Assembly: GCA_973895155.1 (NCBI GenBank)
Contig: OZ316897.1
Location: 18,262,457-18,326,456 of the forward strand
Direction of reading: 5' to 3'
Length of the DNA: 64,000 nt
Origin: Marsupella aquatica
Taxonomy: Eukaryota > Plantae > Marchantiophyta
Under the pieces are notes generated by a model. That model saw only the letters and a program-made list of their open reading frames with translations, did not search any database and had not been told where the DNA came from. Of the stretch, positions 1-14,200 are shown piece by piece; positions within the stretch are counted from its first letter, which is position 1, and each line of letters opens with the position of its first letter. Made by a program: the position numbers and the translations under genes.

Positions 1-1413
1 AGTGATGCAATCAGCTAGACTCCAGAATTAACCAGTGTAAACTGATATGTGTTTGTAAAACCTCCATGGCTACAAGAACAAATACACAATCAGTGATATA
101 TTGAACTGCCATATAGCATACTCATCCTGGAACATGAAAAGTTATTTTGTCCTCTAGCAAAAAGTTTAAATTTTTTAGTGAAATATAGGTGATCTGTTTT
201 TTTGTGGCAAATATAAATAGGACATTGATTAGGAAACGTGACATTGAAAAGTTGTGCACATAAAGTACAAGAATAAAAGTACACATGTAAAGAAAAGAAT
301 AATGAACAGGAAAAATGTAAGTCTATGATATTCGGTTGTGCACATACTATACACCAGTAAAGATACTTATGTACTTATCTGGGGTAATGACACTCAAATA
401 AATTAAAACCATAAATTTAGGACACAAAACCATGAGTAGAACTTAAAGACATGAGGAGTGCACTTTACTTAGATCATTTCTTCTTCACTAAGGGCTAGAA
501 CTTCCGTGAGCTTTGTTAAAGGGTGGATGATCAAAAGTATATCAAAGATTGAAAAATTTAGAGGGGTGCCAGATTAAATTCAAAATCTAAAGTATACAAG
601 GGATGTACCTTGGTAAGATACATTGAATTAAAATACACAAGAAAAAAAAGTTGAATAAGACAAAATACTGGAAGATGGATTCACCATATAACAGTTTCAT
701 TCTGGATATCCACTGAACTGCCACTCACCAGGTCAAACCTGGGAATATCCTTGTTTCTCACCAATGGTTTCCTTACAAAATGATATTTTGGGCAGAAACC
801 AAGCCAAGCCATTGGATTCCCCTACCCATTTTCTCCATCATGGGATTTTTGACCCCTCTATGTGCCCCGTTGCTTGCCTTCCCATCCAAGAAGTTCCCCC
901 TCCATTTGCCCTCCCCATCCATTCAATCACCCTGACCCTCAGAGATCCAGATGCAGCCAATGCCCAAATGCCACCCTTGCCACCACACCCATGCCTTGCC
1001 CTAAAGCCCACCTCACAGAGCCAGGCACAGCCCACACCCTGAGCGCCAACCTTGCTTGTCTCCCCTGCATATTGCCCAAAAGCCCGCCCTCTGCTTCAAA
1101 GGGTACTTTTTGCAACAACAACATGGTTGCAACAATTGTTTAACAACCTAGCATTGCATGTTGCAACATTTGTGCACCACCCTAGCATTGGCCTATTATT
1201 GAAAGACCATGTAAACATAGAGACGCCCTAGAAATGTACATTGGTGGAACCCCTCTTTGTGGTACAGGAGGGGCCTTGGAGAGGTGGTGCAACATTCCTT
1301 GTACTCCTTGGAAACCCATAATTATCATTCTCTCAAATACTCTTTTGCACATCCATGGCACAGAGGAATGAAAGCAGCAAACTTGAGACCTGAGCGTCGC
1401 ACTCTTCACGCAG

Positions 1414-2347
1414 CTAAAACGATATGATCCAGCCGAAAGCATACTCCTCCCTCTCGCCGAACAGCTTCCCATTCTTCGCTTCAATCTCCTCCGTGGGCAT
1501 CAGAGCCAGCCACACGCCCGTATCAGCTCCTTCCGCAGCTGTCTTCATCGGCACCGGAGGCGGCTTAAACCCCCCTTTCAGCGCTGAGGCCATTCCGTGT
1601 TCACCAATCCGGGGCAAAATCCCACCACGTAAATTCGCTGCCCCACAGGCTGAGATTTGGCAAATTTCTTCGCCAAGGTGATTGTGTATCCGTTCATGAA
1701 CATCTTCGACTCGCTGTAGATCGGCTCCTTCAGCTTGGGACACTCGTTTGGGCCCACGATCCACCCTTCCTCCTCCATTTGTCCCGCTTTGCTGTCCTCG
1801 AGGTACTTCGCAGCCAACGAGTCCATCAACTCCACGGAATAGCTCTCCTCGTCCCGGAATTGCTTCTTCAAGCTCTCTCCCAGCCGCTCGTAGAGCGCTG
1901 CTCTAGAGGAACGTTGACAATGCGTGCTCCGGCCGGGGATGGTTTCAGCAAAGGGAGTAGAGCTTCGGTGACGATCTTGACGCCGTAGTAATTGGTGCCT
2001 ATGACATCTTCGGCGTCTTGGTAAGTGATGGTGTTCGTGCTCACTCCGGCATTGTTGACGAGAATGTCGAGTCCGCCGAACTTCTCCTTCACCCACTTTG
2101 CTAGGGTGTCTGCGGATTCTGAGCTCCGGACTTCCAGTGGATGGAAGAAGATCGATTGCACCCCAGTGTCTGTCTTCAAGGCGTCAATGGCGTCTTGGCC
2201 CTTGGTTGGGTCTCTTGCTGTTAAGATGACGGTCACGCCTTCCTCTGCCAGTTTGCGGACGATTTCGTAGCCTATTCCCTTGTTGGCTCCTGTCACCAGA
2301 GCGATTGTGTCTTTCGACCACCAGCGGGTTGTAGGGCGGCCGGCCAT
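1414..2347 (-). pseudogene. Short-chain dehydrogenase/reductase (carbonyl reductase / neomenthol dehydrogenase-like), intronless, two 1-bp frameshifts
   Basis: ATG at 2347. Motifs VTGANKGIG, LDILVNNAG, YSESK (YxxxK), CPGLVNTE and EGADTGVWLAL are spread over three ORFs (1868-2434, 1578-2096, 1414-1764). Adding one base near 1908 and one near 1590 restores a full SDR. May be a real pseudogene or assembly indels. Confidence 0.88.
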
Positions 2348-3230
2348 GTTTCTGGCTTGCACAGTACGAAATTGACACCACCTGCTTCTACGGCTGATTG
2401 CCAGAGTCCCAAATCTACTGAGAACTAAAAGCACCTTGCCTCTACCTGCCAGTCAAGTCAAATCCTTGCACTACGCTGAGAATTGAAAGCAGCTCGCCTG
2501 AAGCACCTTGTCTGTAGCTGCCCGCTCTAGGCTATAGTCCCAATCTACTCAAATTCTTGCGCACTACTGAAAATTGAACGCAGCTCGCAGCTAGTGCTGT
2601 TTGTTGGAGCCCCAGTCAACTCCAACCCTCGTACAACTGGGAATTGAGCTATCGGGCACGGTGTGGAGTAATCGAGCAAATCAACTCATATCTTGGTAGC
2701 TCTTCTGGAATCTCTAACATATGACCAGTAAGTCCTCTGCACATTGGGACCCAAGCTGTGCAATTTCGAAAACCAAAAATTGAAATTATGGCTGCTAGTG
2801 TTCAACAGGTCGAACTGGGCGAGGACAATGGAGTTTACCTGCTTCCGGAATCCACAGAAAGAAGAGATTTGTTTATTACGGAAGTACCGTTAACCCACAA
2901 AATCGACAATGTTCCAAAGATAATGACAATAGGCCGTTCCATTTCCAACCGCATGTATAACCTTTGCATGGTTATCCGACTTGATAACTGTACAGTAGTT
3001 CTGTTCAGATTAACCTCAGTTCTCTTATTTGACCTGAGGAGAAAACTGACAACACGTCACCTCTACTGTCGTTTTCCGACGGCGGACTCTCAAACCCCTC
3101 AAATCTTCGTTGGTTTTTCTGTTCAGAGTATGAGATATTGACCTCATTCGATACTCTGTGCATTGATGCATCTTAGCTACGTAGTAACTATCTTTGGATT
3201 GGTTTTAGATGGGATCCTGGACGTTTCGCT

Positions 3231-3582
3231 TTTCCACCCCAAGAAGTTGGGTAGTCCAACTTATCCAAGCGTCTCCCGTCTCTGTATATCGTTGGGGCTC
3301 TGTCAGATGCATCTATTAGCCAAAATGGTACAAAAGGATCGGAGACTATCGTAAGTTGAACGATGGTTATCTTAATATAGTATATAAATTAAATGATGAG
3401 GGATCCTGGATAGTCAACGTTTGGGATCGATATCATTGATCATTTTTTTAAGCAAGAGTGCGAACTGAAGTGCGGAGCTTCAGGTTACAGATCTGAACAA
3501 CAATGCAGTGCCGCTTTATGGGTGTCACTTGTGCACATGGTGTTACCTCAGAAGAACTGGATGAATGGTTATCAGACAGTAA
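3231..3582. repeat. ~350-bp dispersed duplicate of 27987-28344
   Basis: Near-identical sequence from tttccaccccaagaagttgg to ttatcaga(c/g)agtaat at both places. Confidence 0.9.
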
Positions 3583-6077
3583 TAGTCTTCCACTTCAAGA
3601 GTATAAATCTCTTCCTCTGACCAACTTCACTCGCAGAGATTTGATATGGCGAGCCAATGTAATCAATCTGGTATTTTTTACAACATGAGTTTTGTGGTAG
3701 TGTCCAGTGAAGATCGGAATATCCCGTGGAAAGTTACTTGGCTCTATACCCTCTTTTGCCTGGTAGGATTCATTCATGTATGCCCCAACCTGAATCATCA
3801 AACCAGAGACATACGTCTGAAATCTTTGGATCGTCTGTATAACAAACACAGAAGATTGCGTTCACTGCGACCCAATGTCATATTTAACAACTAAAAGTTC
3901 TTAAGGCAAGATTTCTTGAGAAAGTTCTCAACGCAAAACAAAAGAATGTATAAGTTTAGGACCGTTAGGCCAGCGGGTGCTTGTAGCGATACACACCACA
4001 TCAAGATGTGCAAAGATCGCCTTCACGTTGGGATGTCGATGGAGTGCCTCTTTAATCAAATCATGGTCCCGGCGAAAGGGTAACCAGAGGGCATCTAGGA
4101 ACGCAACAGGGTTATCGAAAACCTTTATGAAAGGGTTCACAGCTCCTAAAACCATCAGGGCATGCATTTGACCACCCATATTCACCTGCCGAAAAATGCT
4201 CCGAAGACCGAATCAGTGACCAATCAGACTGTAATATGGTATCTGTAATAAATGAGACTCACAACAACCCGTTGTACATGAACTGCTAGCAAACTCTACA
4301 GGAACAATTGTTAACTAAAGGGCGCAGAAGAAGTAACGCAAGTGACCTGATCATGATTTCCAGGAATAAAAACTGCAGGGCATGTCCATTTTGCAAGCTC
4401 GGTAACTACAATGTTGAGAAGTTCCACCGGAAGAGCTCCTCGTGCATGCCAAAAATCTCCCAGGAAGATTATTCCAGCTTTCCTGTTGAGTCAAAACAAT
4501 AGTCTTCCACTTCATTCCAGTAGCCCAACGGAGGCAACTGAAACTCAAATGGAAATTCCATCTCAGATAAGGATTTAAAATGGGGGCACCGCTATCCTCT
4601 GTCTGCATCATGTGAAATATTAATCTTCTCCCCGTTCTTGAGAACACAAAAGTCTAGATTTCAGCATGCCAAAGAAAACGGAGAGGAGGTATTACAAGAG
4701 AGTGCAGCAGAACAACAATTGCGCACTGGAGAATGTCTGACCTCCCAGATGCCTCCGCATGTACAGCTGCTAGAACTTTTAGACAAGTGTCACGCGTTCT
4801 CCGACTGAAGTGTAGATCAGAAAATACAACCCACGTTTGTACCTTTGACCAGACGGATGTATCAGGTACTGTCACCTGAAAAAACGAGCTGTACGAGCAT
4901 TACAGTCTGGAAGTTGTTTGTTGAATCCTTGCACAAGAGGAACCTAGGGAAAGTTGGGCGCCATACAATGCTCAGAGAATGATATGATTCGATCGCCTGT
5001 ATTAGTGCAAATGCCATGTGGAAATTCAAGTAGGGATGTCTTTGCAAAACCTTTCTTCATGCACAGGTTTTGCAACAACTAAACGAGACCGAGACAAGGC
5101 AAAGAGGTGATCGGGTGAACTTCAAGCTGCTGCATCTAAAATCCAAGACATCGTCAAGCTTTACATGTACTTAGACGACGATTTTGAGTCACTGCGGGGC
5201 GTCTATTCCTCTTCGTAACGTTGACAACAGAGGATTTCACTCAAAAGACACGAAGTACCGGCACCCTAAGGATCGCTTAAAGTTCAAGAAGATTTGGCTC
5301 ATCTTTGAAATCTCTCGTATTCGAAACCGGAAATAGAAAGTCGTCAAACATGTCAAGCAAGTAAATATTGCCACGGTGAGGCTGTACACGAAGTGCTCAC
5401 AACTATCGTTTTCACCAAGAACCGTCTACAGAATTTCCAGTAAATGTTGGAAACCAAGTCGAGAGGGAAATCCAAACAAATTCTCATTCAAGAAACTTTC
5501 CGTGATGAATTACCACAGGAGGATGTAACGATTTTCCTTACAGGCAGAAAATCGGAATTGAGGAAGAAAGTAAACATACTTGTTGGAGAGCACTGCTCTG
5601 CTGGGCATCGCGGGAAGGAACTGGGCTCTGCAATTTCGTAGGTCTCTTTCTTGGTTTGGGAGAGGATATCTTCTTGGGCAGCTCCTTGGTGGGTGTTTCG
5701 AGTTCAGAGCAGGCAGTCGAAGTAGCAATCAGCTTGCTCCCACCACATCTGGCCAAATTACTGGCCAACTTCGATTTCTGCATCCAAAATCCAAGTGACG
5801 TGCGACCTCTTCCCGGAGCTCCAGCTCCAACTGCAGCTCCAGCCCAGCTACTGCAGAGCTGTTGGTCTTCACAATCTGGGCAAAAGTCGGACCAGGGCGC
5901 CTGGCAGACACTGGAATGCACAGAGCAGAAGGCGTGCCTGGGAGTCGTGAGAAAGGCCCCAACGCCATGTGTGGCAAACCCACGGCTTGAGCCAGCAATT
6001 TCTTCATGAATTCTTCTCGGGAAGAAATAACCTGCGACACATTCTTTTCCAGCCCACTGCCGTGTTGGACCTTTCAT
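3572..6077 (-). pseudogene. Calcineurin-like metallophosphoesterase (SbcD/Mre11-like nuclease), 5 exons, frameshift in last exon, probably 3'-truncated
   Basis: GT-AG exons at ~6077-5578 (transit-peptide-like), 4875-4742 (FSDLH), 4483-4347 (LGDFWH...PGNHDQ), 4185-3996 (FAHLDV) and ~3788-3572 (TGHYH, then IDYIGSPYQ in a shifted frame near 3668). All five metal-binding motifs are present. Confidence 0.8.
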
Positions 6078-6229
6078 CGATGTTCCCTTGAATAAATGTG
6101 ACCTTTCATCGATGTTCCCTTGAATAAATGTGAGCGTCGTGCTCTGTACAAAAACAGAGCTCTGCCATGCTTCTCCAGTAGCCTGTGAGAATAACGAAAG
6201 TGGTATAATGTAATTAATTAATAAATTTA

Positions 6230-8774
6230 ATTAAGACCATGTCACCCGTATTGGGGTTCGTGCCTTTTTGGCCGTGTGATACCGTGTGATATATATTTCT
6301 TTTTGACACTGTTATATATATACAAGCCCGATGCCCGTGCGTTGCATGAAAGATGTCAAGGTGATAAAAGATGTCGAAAAGAAAAAAGATGTAAAAGAGA
6401 AAAAAATGGCAAAGTGAAAAAAGATGTCCAGGTGAGAGAAAGATATCGAGGTGATACAAGATGTTAAGGAGAGAAAAAATGTCAAGGTGAAAAACGATGT
6501 GAAGGTGAGAAAAGAAGTCGAGGTGAGAAAAAGATGTCGAGGTGATAAAAGATGTCGAAGAGAGAAAAAGATGTCGAAGAGAGAAAAGATGTCGAGGTGA
6601 GCAAACAATGTCAAGGTGATAAAAGAAGTCAAAGAGAGAAAAAAATGTCGAGGAGAGAAAACCTGTTGAGGTGAGAAAAATTTGGGAGAAAAACATGACT
6701 TGTCCAGGTTCAGAGAAAAGATGTTGAGGAGAGAAATAGATGTTGAGAAAAAAATTGAGGAGAGAAAATATGTCAAGCTGAACAAAAGATGTCGAGGAGA
6801 GAAAAATATGTTGAGGAGAAAAACGTGTGCGAAGGAGAGAAAAAAATGTTGAGCAAGAAAAGATGTAAAGTAAAGCAAACTATGTTGAGGTGAGAAAATA
6901 AACTTGACACTTTTCCACCCTCAACCGTGAACGGAAGGGGCAATATGAAGCCTCTCCCTCCCTCTTTTCCCATCCATGTGCCCTCCCTTCCCTTTTCTCC
7001 TTGCCTCTCCCCCTCTTTGTTTTGCTTCCAAGGCTTTTTTTTAGATGATAAACTTCAAATTTTGTAAGACAACTGCGTTGCACGAAAGATGTCAAGGAGA
7101 GAAATAAATGTTGAGGTTAGCAAAAGATGTTGAGAGGAGAAAAGATCAAGGTGAGCGAGATGTTAAGGAGAGAAAAAATGTTGAGGAAAGAAAAAGATTT
7201 TGAGGAGAGAAAAGATGTCAGGGAGGAAAAGATGTTGAGTAGAGAAGAAGATGTGGAGATGAGATTGAAATAGATTCCAAGGAGAGGAGAGAAATGGTGT
7301 TGAGGAGAGAAAAGATGTTGAGATGAGAAAAACATTTCAAGGAGAAAAAAGATGCTAAGGTGAGCAAAAAGATGTCCAGGAGAGAAAATATATATATGGA
7401 GAGAGAAAGATTTTGAGATAAGAAAAGGGTGTTTAGGCGAGGTAAAGATATCAAGGCAAGAGAAGATGTCATGGGAGGCGACAAAGATGACATAGATGAA
7501 AATGAAGCTACCTAAATCCAAATATGAGGACACGTCGAAGACATTAATATCACACTCATACATATATCAACCTCATCATATAGAACATTTTTGGTCAGCC
7601 TTGCAAGACCCTCCTCATAATCCGGAAGCAAGACCTTAATACTTGTAGAAGATGTCGGGGTGACGAAAAGATGTCCAGGTGAGGAAAAAATGTTGGAGGG
7701 AGCAAAAGATATCACGTAGAGGGGAAGATGTCAAGGCAACACAAAGATGTTGAACTGATGCAAAGAAATGTAGGCAAGTGTTGCACAAAAGATGTTGAGG
7801 CAAGGAAAAGATGTCAAGACAAAGTTGGGTGAGGAAAGTATGTTGAGGAAAGAAAAGATTTTGAGGCTAGGAAAAGATGTGAAGGCAAGACAATGATGTC
7901 GAGGCAAGGGATAAATGGCAAGGGAAGACAAAAATGTCAAGGCAACGCAAATAAATAAAGGCGAGCTCATTCCCCATGCATTGCACAAAAAATATCATTG
8001 CATAAATATGTTCTTATATATACAAAAGCTCAATTGATTGGTAAAGATGTCCTTGTGAAAATTATATTGTTATGCAAAAGATGCTGTGAAGGAAAAATGT
8101 CATTATGTCCAAAAATTGTTGTGTAAATAATGTTGTTGCATTTAGGGTTTGGTTGCATAAAATAAGTCTTGCTGCAAAAGATTTAGTTTTGTAAACAATA
8201 AATGGCTGCCATCTCACATCCCATGCTCTTGCCAAGCATGGTCGCACAAAGTGAGCAGTTTTTAGTTTTTTAATTTCATTTTAATTTTTGCTGTGCACTA
8301 AAACATGCAACTATCCCCTGTTGTTTTACTTCTCTTTTCCCCATCTCTTCTTATTTTTCTCCATGTATTAAACTCTCCATGTGCCAATTTTTCTCTATCC
8401 TTCTGCTTATTGCTTGCCGTATCTTTTGGGGAGTGTACTAACTATACTCCAATATTATCTCCATGATAAGAGACCAAAAAGTACATTAATTAGCTCCATA
8501 ATCATTGTACCTTCAAGTACAATTGTCAGCAAGTGTAATTAGAGCATGTAAAGTGGTCAGATGAGCCTTGGTTTCTACCGTGGTCACAATCACTTACTTT
8601 TAAGTTTGCATGTGAGATAGAAATGAGGGGAGACACTTGGATGATTTTGGTGTCATCCAATGGTCATTAAAAATCTTCTTTTCAATGGACGATCTGGATT
8701 TGTTCCCGCCTTTTTAGATATTCGTAAGCAGACGAAGCCCAGAAATGGACGGGATTCCATATTATAGAAGTAGA
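6230..8774 (-). mobile_element. Non-autonomous Helitron-like element
   Basis: The minus strand begins A|TCTACTTCTATAATA at 8774. Helitron-type 3' hairpins occur at ~6345-6322 (catgcaacgcacgggcatcgggcttgt) and ~6258-6230 (ccccaatacggg...ggtcttaat). No Rep/helicase coding sequence; the CTRR end is degenerate. Confidence 0.6.
6345..7960. repeat. Degenerate purine-rich minisatellite, ~19-21-bp unit (consensus near AAAAGATGTCGAGGTGAGAA)
   Basis: Dozens of aaagatgt(c/t)(g/a)agg(t/a)gaga units are visible. They produce spurious Phe/Ser/Leu-rich ORFs on the minus strand. Confidence 0.9.
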
Positions 8775-11281
8775 TATGAAGAAAAGGTTCCATTCAGCCC
8801 CTTCGATCCACACACAGTCCTCTCCTTCTTGGAAAGGGCCCTACCCTCATTCTTGCAAAGTGGTAGAGTTGTGCTGTCTCACACCCCAGTTGCCACTACT
8901 GGCAAAGGGTGAAAGGAAAGGGGGTCATGGGCTATGAACTCTAGAGGACAGTTTAGGGGGAGGGGGTTAGAGAGGGGTTCCATGTGCGTCCCGTGAGGAG
9001 CGCGGACCCCACCTTGCCCACGGTACCCCAGAAACTTTGGAGGTTGTTGGTTGGCTCAGCCACAGTCACATGGGGCGACTGCAGCCTGCCCCTGCCCCCT
9101 CACTCCCCACCCTCTCCCGGTTCCCAAACGTGACGCCCCGGGATTTTTTTTCTCGGGCCAAAGTAGCAGCCCGACTGGGGCTGAGAAATGCGAGCCAGAC
9201 TTGGGCTTGAAGTGCAAGCCCGATGGAAGACCATAGCCATGCCCCGATGCCATAGCTTCAGCTTCGAAGCTTTTGATGCAGCCATGACTTGAGTGAAAGA
9301 TCAAACTTCCACCATAGCTCTCCTGGAATCGAGCGATTGCCGCCGATGCGCCCTACATTTGCGAGGCATTCCCTGCATAGATTCATCAATTTTGAAGTCT
9401 CGACCAACAACGTAGAGCAGCCAAACCTAAAATCAATCCCACATCAATTTTGATCAAAAACAGTTCCCTACGCACTCGTTGCTAGCACTTCAAAGAGAGA
9501 TGATGATATGTGGGAGCTCATGCAGTTCTACTCATGGAGTCATAACTACAGGAGAGATATGGACATTATTTTCATTGCCCAAGCCTGAAGTTGGACTGAA
9601 CGTTTCCTTCTGTACAATTTGACTCTTGTTTCAGGTGTGTGTATTCAATGTGGATTGTATTGATTGTTTGAATGACATAGAATGCATGGCTTGCTTTTGT
9701 GGCACAATTTCCAAAATATGTCAACACAGCATGCTCGTAGTAGACTCAAATTGTACTGATTGTCTACAATTGATGTGTTCTTCCCTGCTTTGTCAGTTTG
9801 AGCAATTCATAAGCATGGACTTTTACTCTTAGAATTCTTGTATTTTTATGGCAGGCAGAAGCTTTCATAAGATTTAATTATCATGGAAGAAGTCAATATT
9901 GTTGGGGATGTGCTGCAACAGACAGACCTCCTCGATCTCAATGAATCTGTCCACTATATCCACGTCCAAGATAGACCCCCTCCTCGTAGGTTCCAACCTA
10001 GTCTTGGCTCACATTCAATCCATGCAATATTGAGGACTCTTGCTTCTGTGATGGCCTCAATTGCCATTGTTGTGAAGTTGATGCTGCCATTGTTTGACAG
10101 TTCCACTTATGTTCTATTGGGCTCCATGGACAATGATCCTCTCACCCAATCTGAACTCTGTAGAGCACTCTTGTTTTCTCACATAGTGCCATGCTTTTTG
10201 CAAGCGCTTGGGTTAGTCCATGTTCGGCCAAAACAGGTTATAGATCAATGGTACATTAAGCCCCGTACAAGACAAAGATTGATAACTTGGATTGATGAGA
10301 CACCCTGGGAGGATCCTGCCCACTTTCAAGAGTTTTTCTAAATTAGTCCCTCTCTATTTTTCTACATATGTGAGCTGCTGCATGACGATATGATCATAGA
10401 TCCTCCCGTGTCATTGCAGATCTTGCCTAATCAACAACTCTTGGTAATGAGGCAAGTTGCTCTTGCATTGAGACGTCTGGCTACTAGGGATACATTCCTG
10501 ACTCTTGGTGAATTGTTTGGAGTTTCAAAGAGTTATGCTGTCAAAGTGACTTGGAAATTCATTTCAATCCTCATTACAAAGATGAGCTACACATGTCATT
10601 CGGTGGCCAGATGAGGCAAGTCTGCTTGAGGTTAAACAGGGATTTCAACAGAGATAGGGTTTTTCGAATTGCAGTAGAGCCATTGACGGCACTCACTTGC
10701 CTATTGAGTTACCATTCGGTGAGGACTCCACTCAATATTATGATTGGAAGCACAAGCTCTCAGTCTCCATGCAAGCCATTTGTGATCAGAAATCAAGGTT
10801 CTTGGAGGACTGTCGGGGAGCATTCAAGATACTAGATTAATGAGGATATATGTCTTGATTTTATTATCAAGTCACAGAATACCATACTCAACTGGCCGGG
10901 CCTCTATTCTGATGTCAAGATGGCAGGATGCTATAGGAGTATATCATAGGGGATGCAGGGTACCCTCTACTGCCTTGGCTGATTGTTCCTTTTCCACGAG
11001 GTGTGTCAGAGCAGACTGATGCTTTTAACTACAAGTTGTCTAGTACCACAATGTGTGTGGAAAGATCTTTTGGAGGGTTTAAAGGGACATGGAGAATTCT
11101 AAGTCGGGTTTTGTGGAAGCCCCGCATTGAACAACTCGGACCAATGATTTTTACTTGCTGTGTTCTCCATAATCTCTTCATAGATAGGAATGATGGGCTA
11201 CCAAATGTTGTATGGCAACACTATCCACCTCATCCACCAGGCTCTGCAGGGGTCCTACATCCTAATAGAAGAATGTATAGA

Positions 11282-14200
11282 TGTGACACGGGTAACGTGT
11301 CACTTAACCGAACCCAGGTCGTAGATTAGGTCTTATACGGTCATTAGGACCGTAGCCGTAGCGTAGAATAGCACGTATAGTCGTCTCTTGCCATTATGAA
11401 TAGATTAGGAGTAGGTTAAGTTGACCGAATGATTACGAATTTTGGAGGAGGATTATTACGCGCGATCGAGGTACAATGGCGGCAACAAAGTAAAAATCCG
11501 TTAGGAGCATCACGCTTGGACCGAGGCGCCGACTTTAGCTCATTATTAACAACCAAAACGGCCTGGCCTTCTCACGCTCGGGCTCATCCTGGCGCCTCCA
11601 TAAGAGAGGAGCTGATGGCACTGTAGGCCATTTGCTCATTTCTACCTTTCGGAATTTGCGGACGCTGCCATTCACTCGCCTTTTTGCTCGAATCAAGCTG
11701 ACCTTTACAAGGAGATTATTGAGAGATAAGAGCGGGTTGTGGCAAGATTTAGTCAAGACAAGGAAGGCCTCCACCAGTAAGCAGACCGAACAGCGAGAAC
11801 GAGGACTCGACGAACCAGACTACAAAGGTTAGTATGACCCTTACAGTCTTGGGATTTTGGACCTTGTTTGGCGAGGTAGGTGCTAAGTTCTCTGAGACTT
11901 ACTGGTACTCTTGTCCCGAGAAAGCCGCTTATGAACAGAGATACGCAAAGCTGGTGGCCAAGGTAGCACAGGTTAATTGCGAGAAGACAGCCATCACCAG
12001 AGATTCCAGCTACAACGAGCTGCGAGACTATATCACCGAGCTATATCTCAGCGAGGAAGGGCTTAGATCGGTAGCAGAGGCGATTCTTGAAGTCCCCGCA
12101 AAGTTCTTTAGGCTGAAGGGCAGCCAATGGCTTACTCAATCGCAGCTGAAAGGCGCCAAGAAGACATCAGCAGACAACGAGAAGCGGCGCGTGACCTTAC
12201 GTTCCTCGGGGAAACGTCCAACGCCTTCAACTGGGATATGGCAACACCAACACCACCAGCGCCTCAGCTGATGACCACCGGCGTACCACCAAACCAGTCC
12301 CAAGTTTGCCCCGTGAAAAACACCAAGTGTTCTTCGGGTTCCAAGCAAGTTAGTTCGCATCTTGAGCAGCGTTCTCGTAAGCGGGCAAGAACGACGTCGG
12401 CCCCCATATCGACAACATGAACCAACACCGCTCCTGCACCTGCCTCGACAAACCCCCCGGCCAACCAGACCCGACGGCCCCCGGATAATCCCAAGTCTAA
12501 CTTATTACAGGTAATCCGCGTTCTTGAGGTAGTCTGGATCGCGATCAAGAAACTCAACCACGCGGACTATCTCAAGGAGCATCAGTTAGAGCAGTTCGCT
12601 CACTTGCTATGGAGACCGTGCGCGGTCGAGCCAAAGGAGATTTGTGAGTTCATCTCCAATTTCAACACCGACGCATCGACCACTAAGGTTTCAGGGCAGA
12701 CCTTATCACTCACGGAGCATCGGTTGGCATAGATCTTCTGCCTGCCAAGCGGGCCGATGTCGGTTGAACTCCAAATTCAGGATAAGGAGTATACACCTCG
12801 GCACTTCAAACCCGAAAGTAAGACGGACAACGGATACAAGCAGGGGTCGTGCACCAACCTAATCTGCATGGAGCGGCTTAACTTCATACGGACTACCCTA
12901 CACATGATTGAGCCACGATCCAAGATTTCCCTCTGCACGATCGTGTAGGTGGAACAATACAAACGGCGGAACTGGGCCCAATTCTTTTACTGAAGGTTCT
13001 CGGGAGAGCTTAAGCGGGCTCAAGGAGGTATGGCTATTGGGGGGAAGACTTACCTGGGAAGTCATATCGCCATCATCCTCGCCTGGTACAAAGCACGGCG
13101 GGAGGCCAGGGGAAAGAATATGGCCACCTCAGCCCCGACTAATGTCACCCCCGCCCCAGAAGAGGCAACCTTGAGCGCGTGGACTACCGTCCCTCGGGCA
13201 AACCCCAAGCCGGAAGCCCCGACTAATACTCCGTCACCTCCTCCTATCAAAATTCCGCCGCCCCCTTCCATCGAGCCTAAACTACCCGCAATACAACCAC
13301 CCCCAATTCCTCCACCACCTGAAGAAACCTTCCTCTCCCCAACGCAGACTACGGAGGAGATCGTTGCCCCGCCCTATAAACCACCGGTACCCGAGAGGAT
13401 GGGGACTACCAAGTAGCCCCAAGGACCATGGCCTACGACCTGGTCCAGAAGTTTAGCCAGACTATGTCTGGGGAGCTGGCAACGTACATCGGACAACAAG
13501 TCTCGGCGTACTTTCAACTAGCCTTCTTCATGTTAGAGCACCAACCACGGATCGTCGGCCGCTTGGAAGAAGAACTCATGGCAAAGGGGAATGAGATCGG
13601 GCGACTCCAAATGCTGGTGGAACACCTCAAGGAGGAGGCCACTACCCGCCTCGAGGAGTTAGTCCGCACCGTCAGACAACGAGACGGACTAACCCAGGAG
13701 TTGAGCGGGGCACAAGCAGATCTCAAGAAGCTGGATGACACCGTGCTTCAGTTGCGCTCAGAATCCTCGGCTCGGGTTACTAGCCTAACCGACCTCAACA
13801 ACCAATTCCTGCAGGTAGCTCAGTAGGTGGCTAGTCTCTCCGCCGAACGGGATAAATTATTGGTGCAGGACCAGACCCATCACGACTCCATTAACCAGCT
13901 CAACCTGGAGGTGGCTTGGCTCTAGACAGAAGCCGATGAAGCCGCAAATGAGGCGGAGGAGGCGGTGTGGGACAACAAGGCCTTGCAGGACCATGTTACC
14001 CTGCTCGTCCTCCAGCGGGGAAAAACTGGGCCCACCTCTCATCAAGGCGGCTTGAGGTCTCGCCCCGACAGGGGGACAAACCCTGGTCCAACCACAGCAT
14101 GCACGTAAGGGGTGGTTAGCGAAGGGTGGAAACAGGCGCCGCGCGAGGCAGTGAGTCAACGACATCTTTTGGTTAGGCGTGACGACATAATAGCCGTCAT

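Noticed and set aside
6214-7988. Phe/Ser/Leu-rich ORFs as membrane proteins
   Set aside because: They are translations of the pyrimidine strand of the minisatellite.
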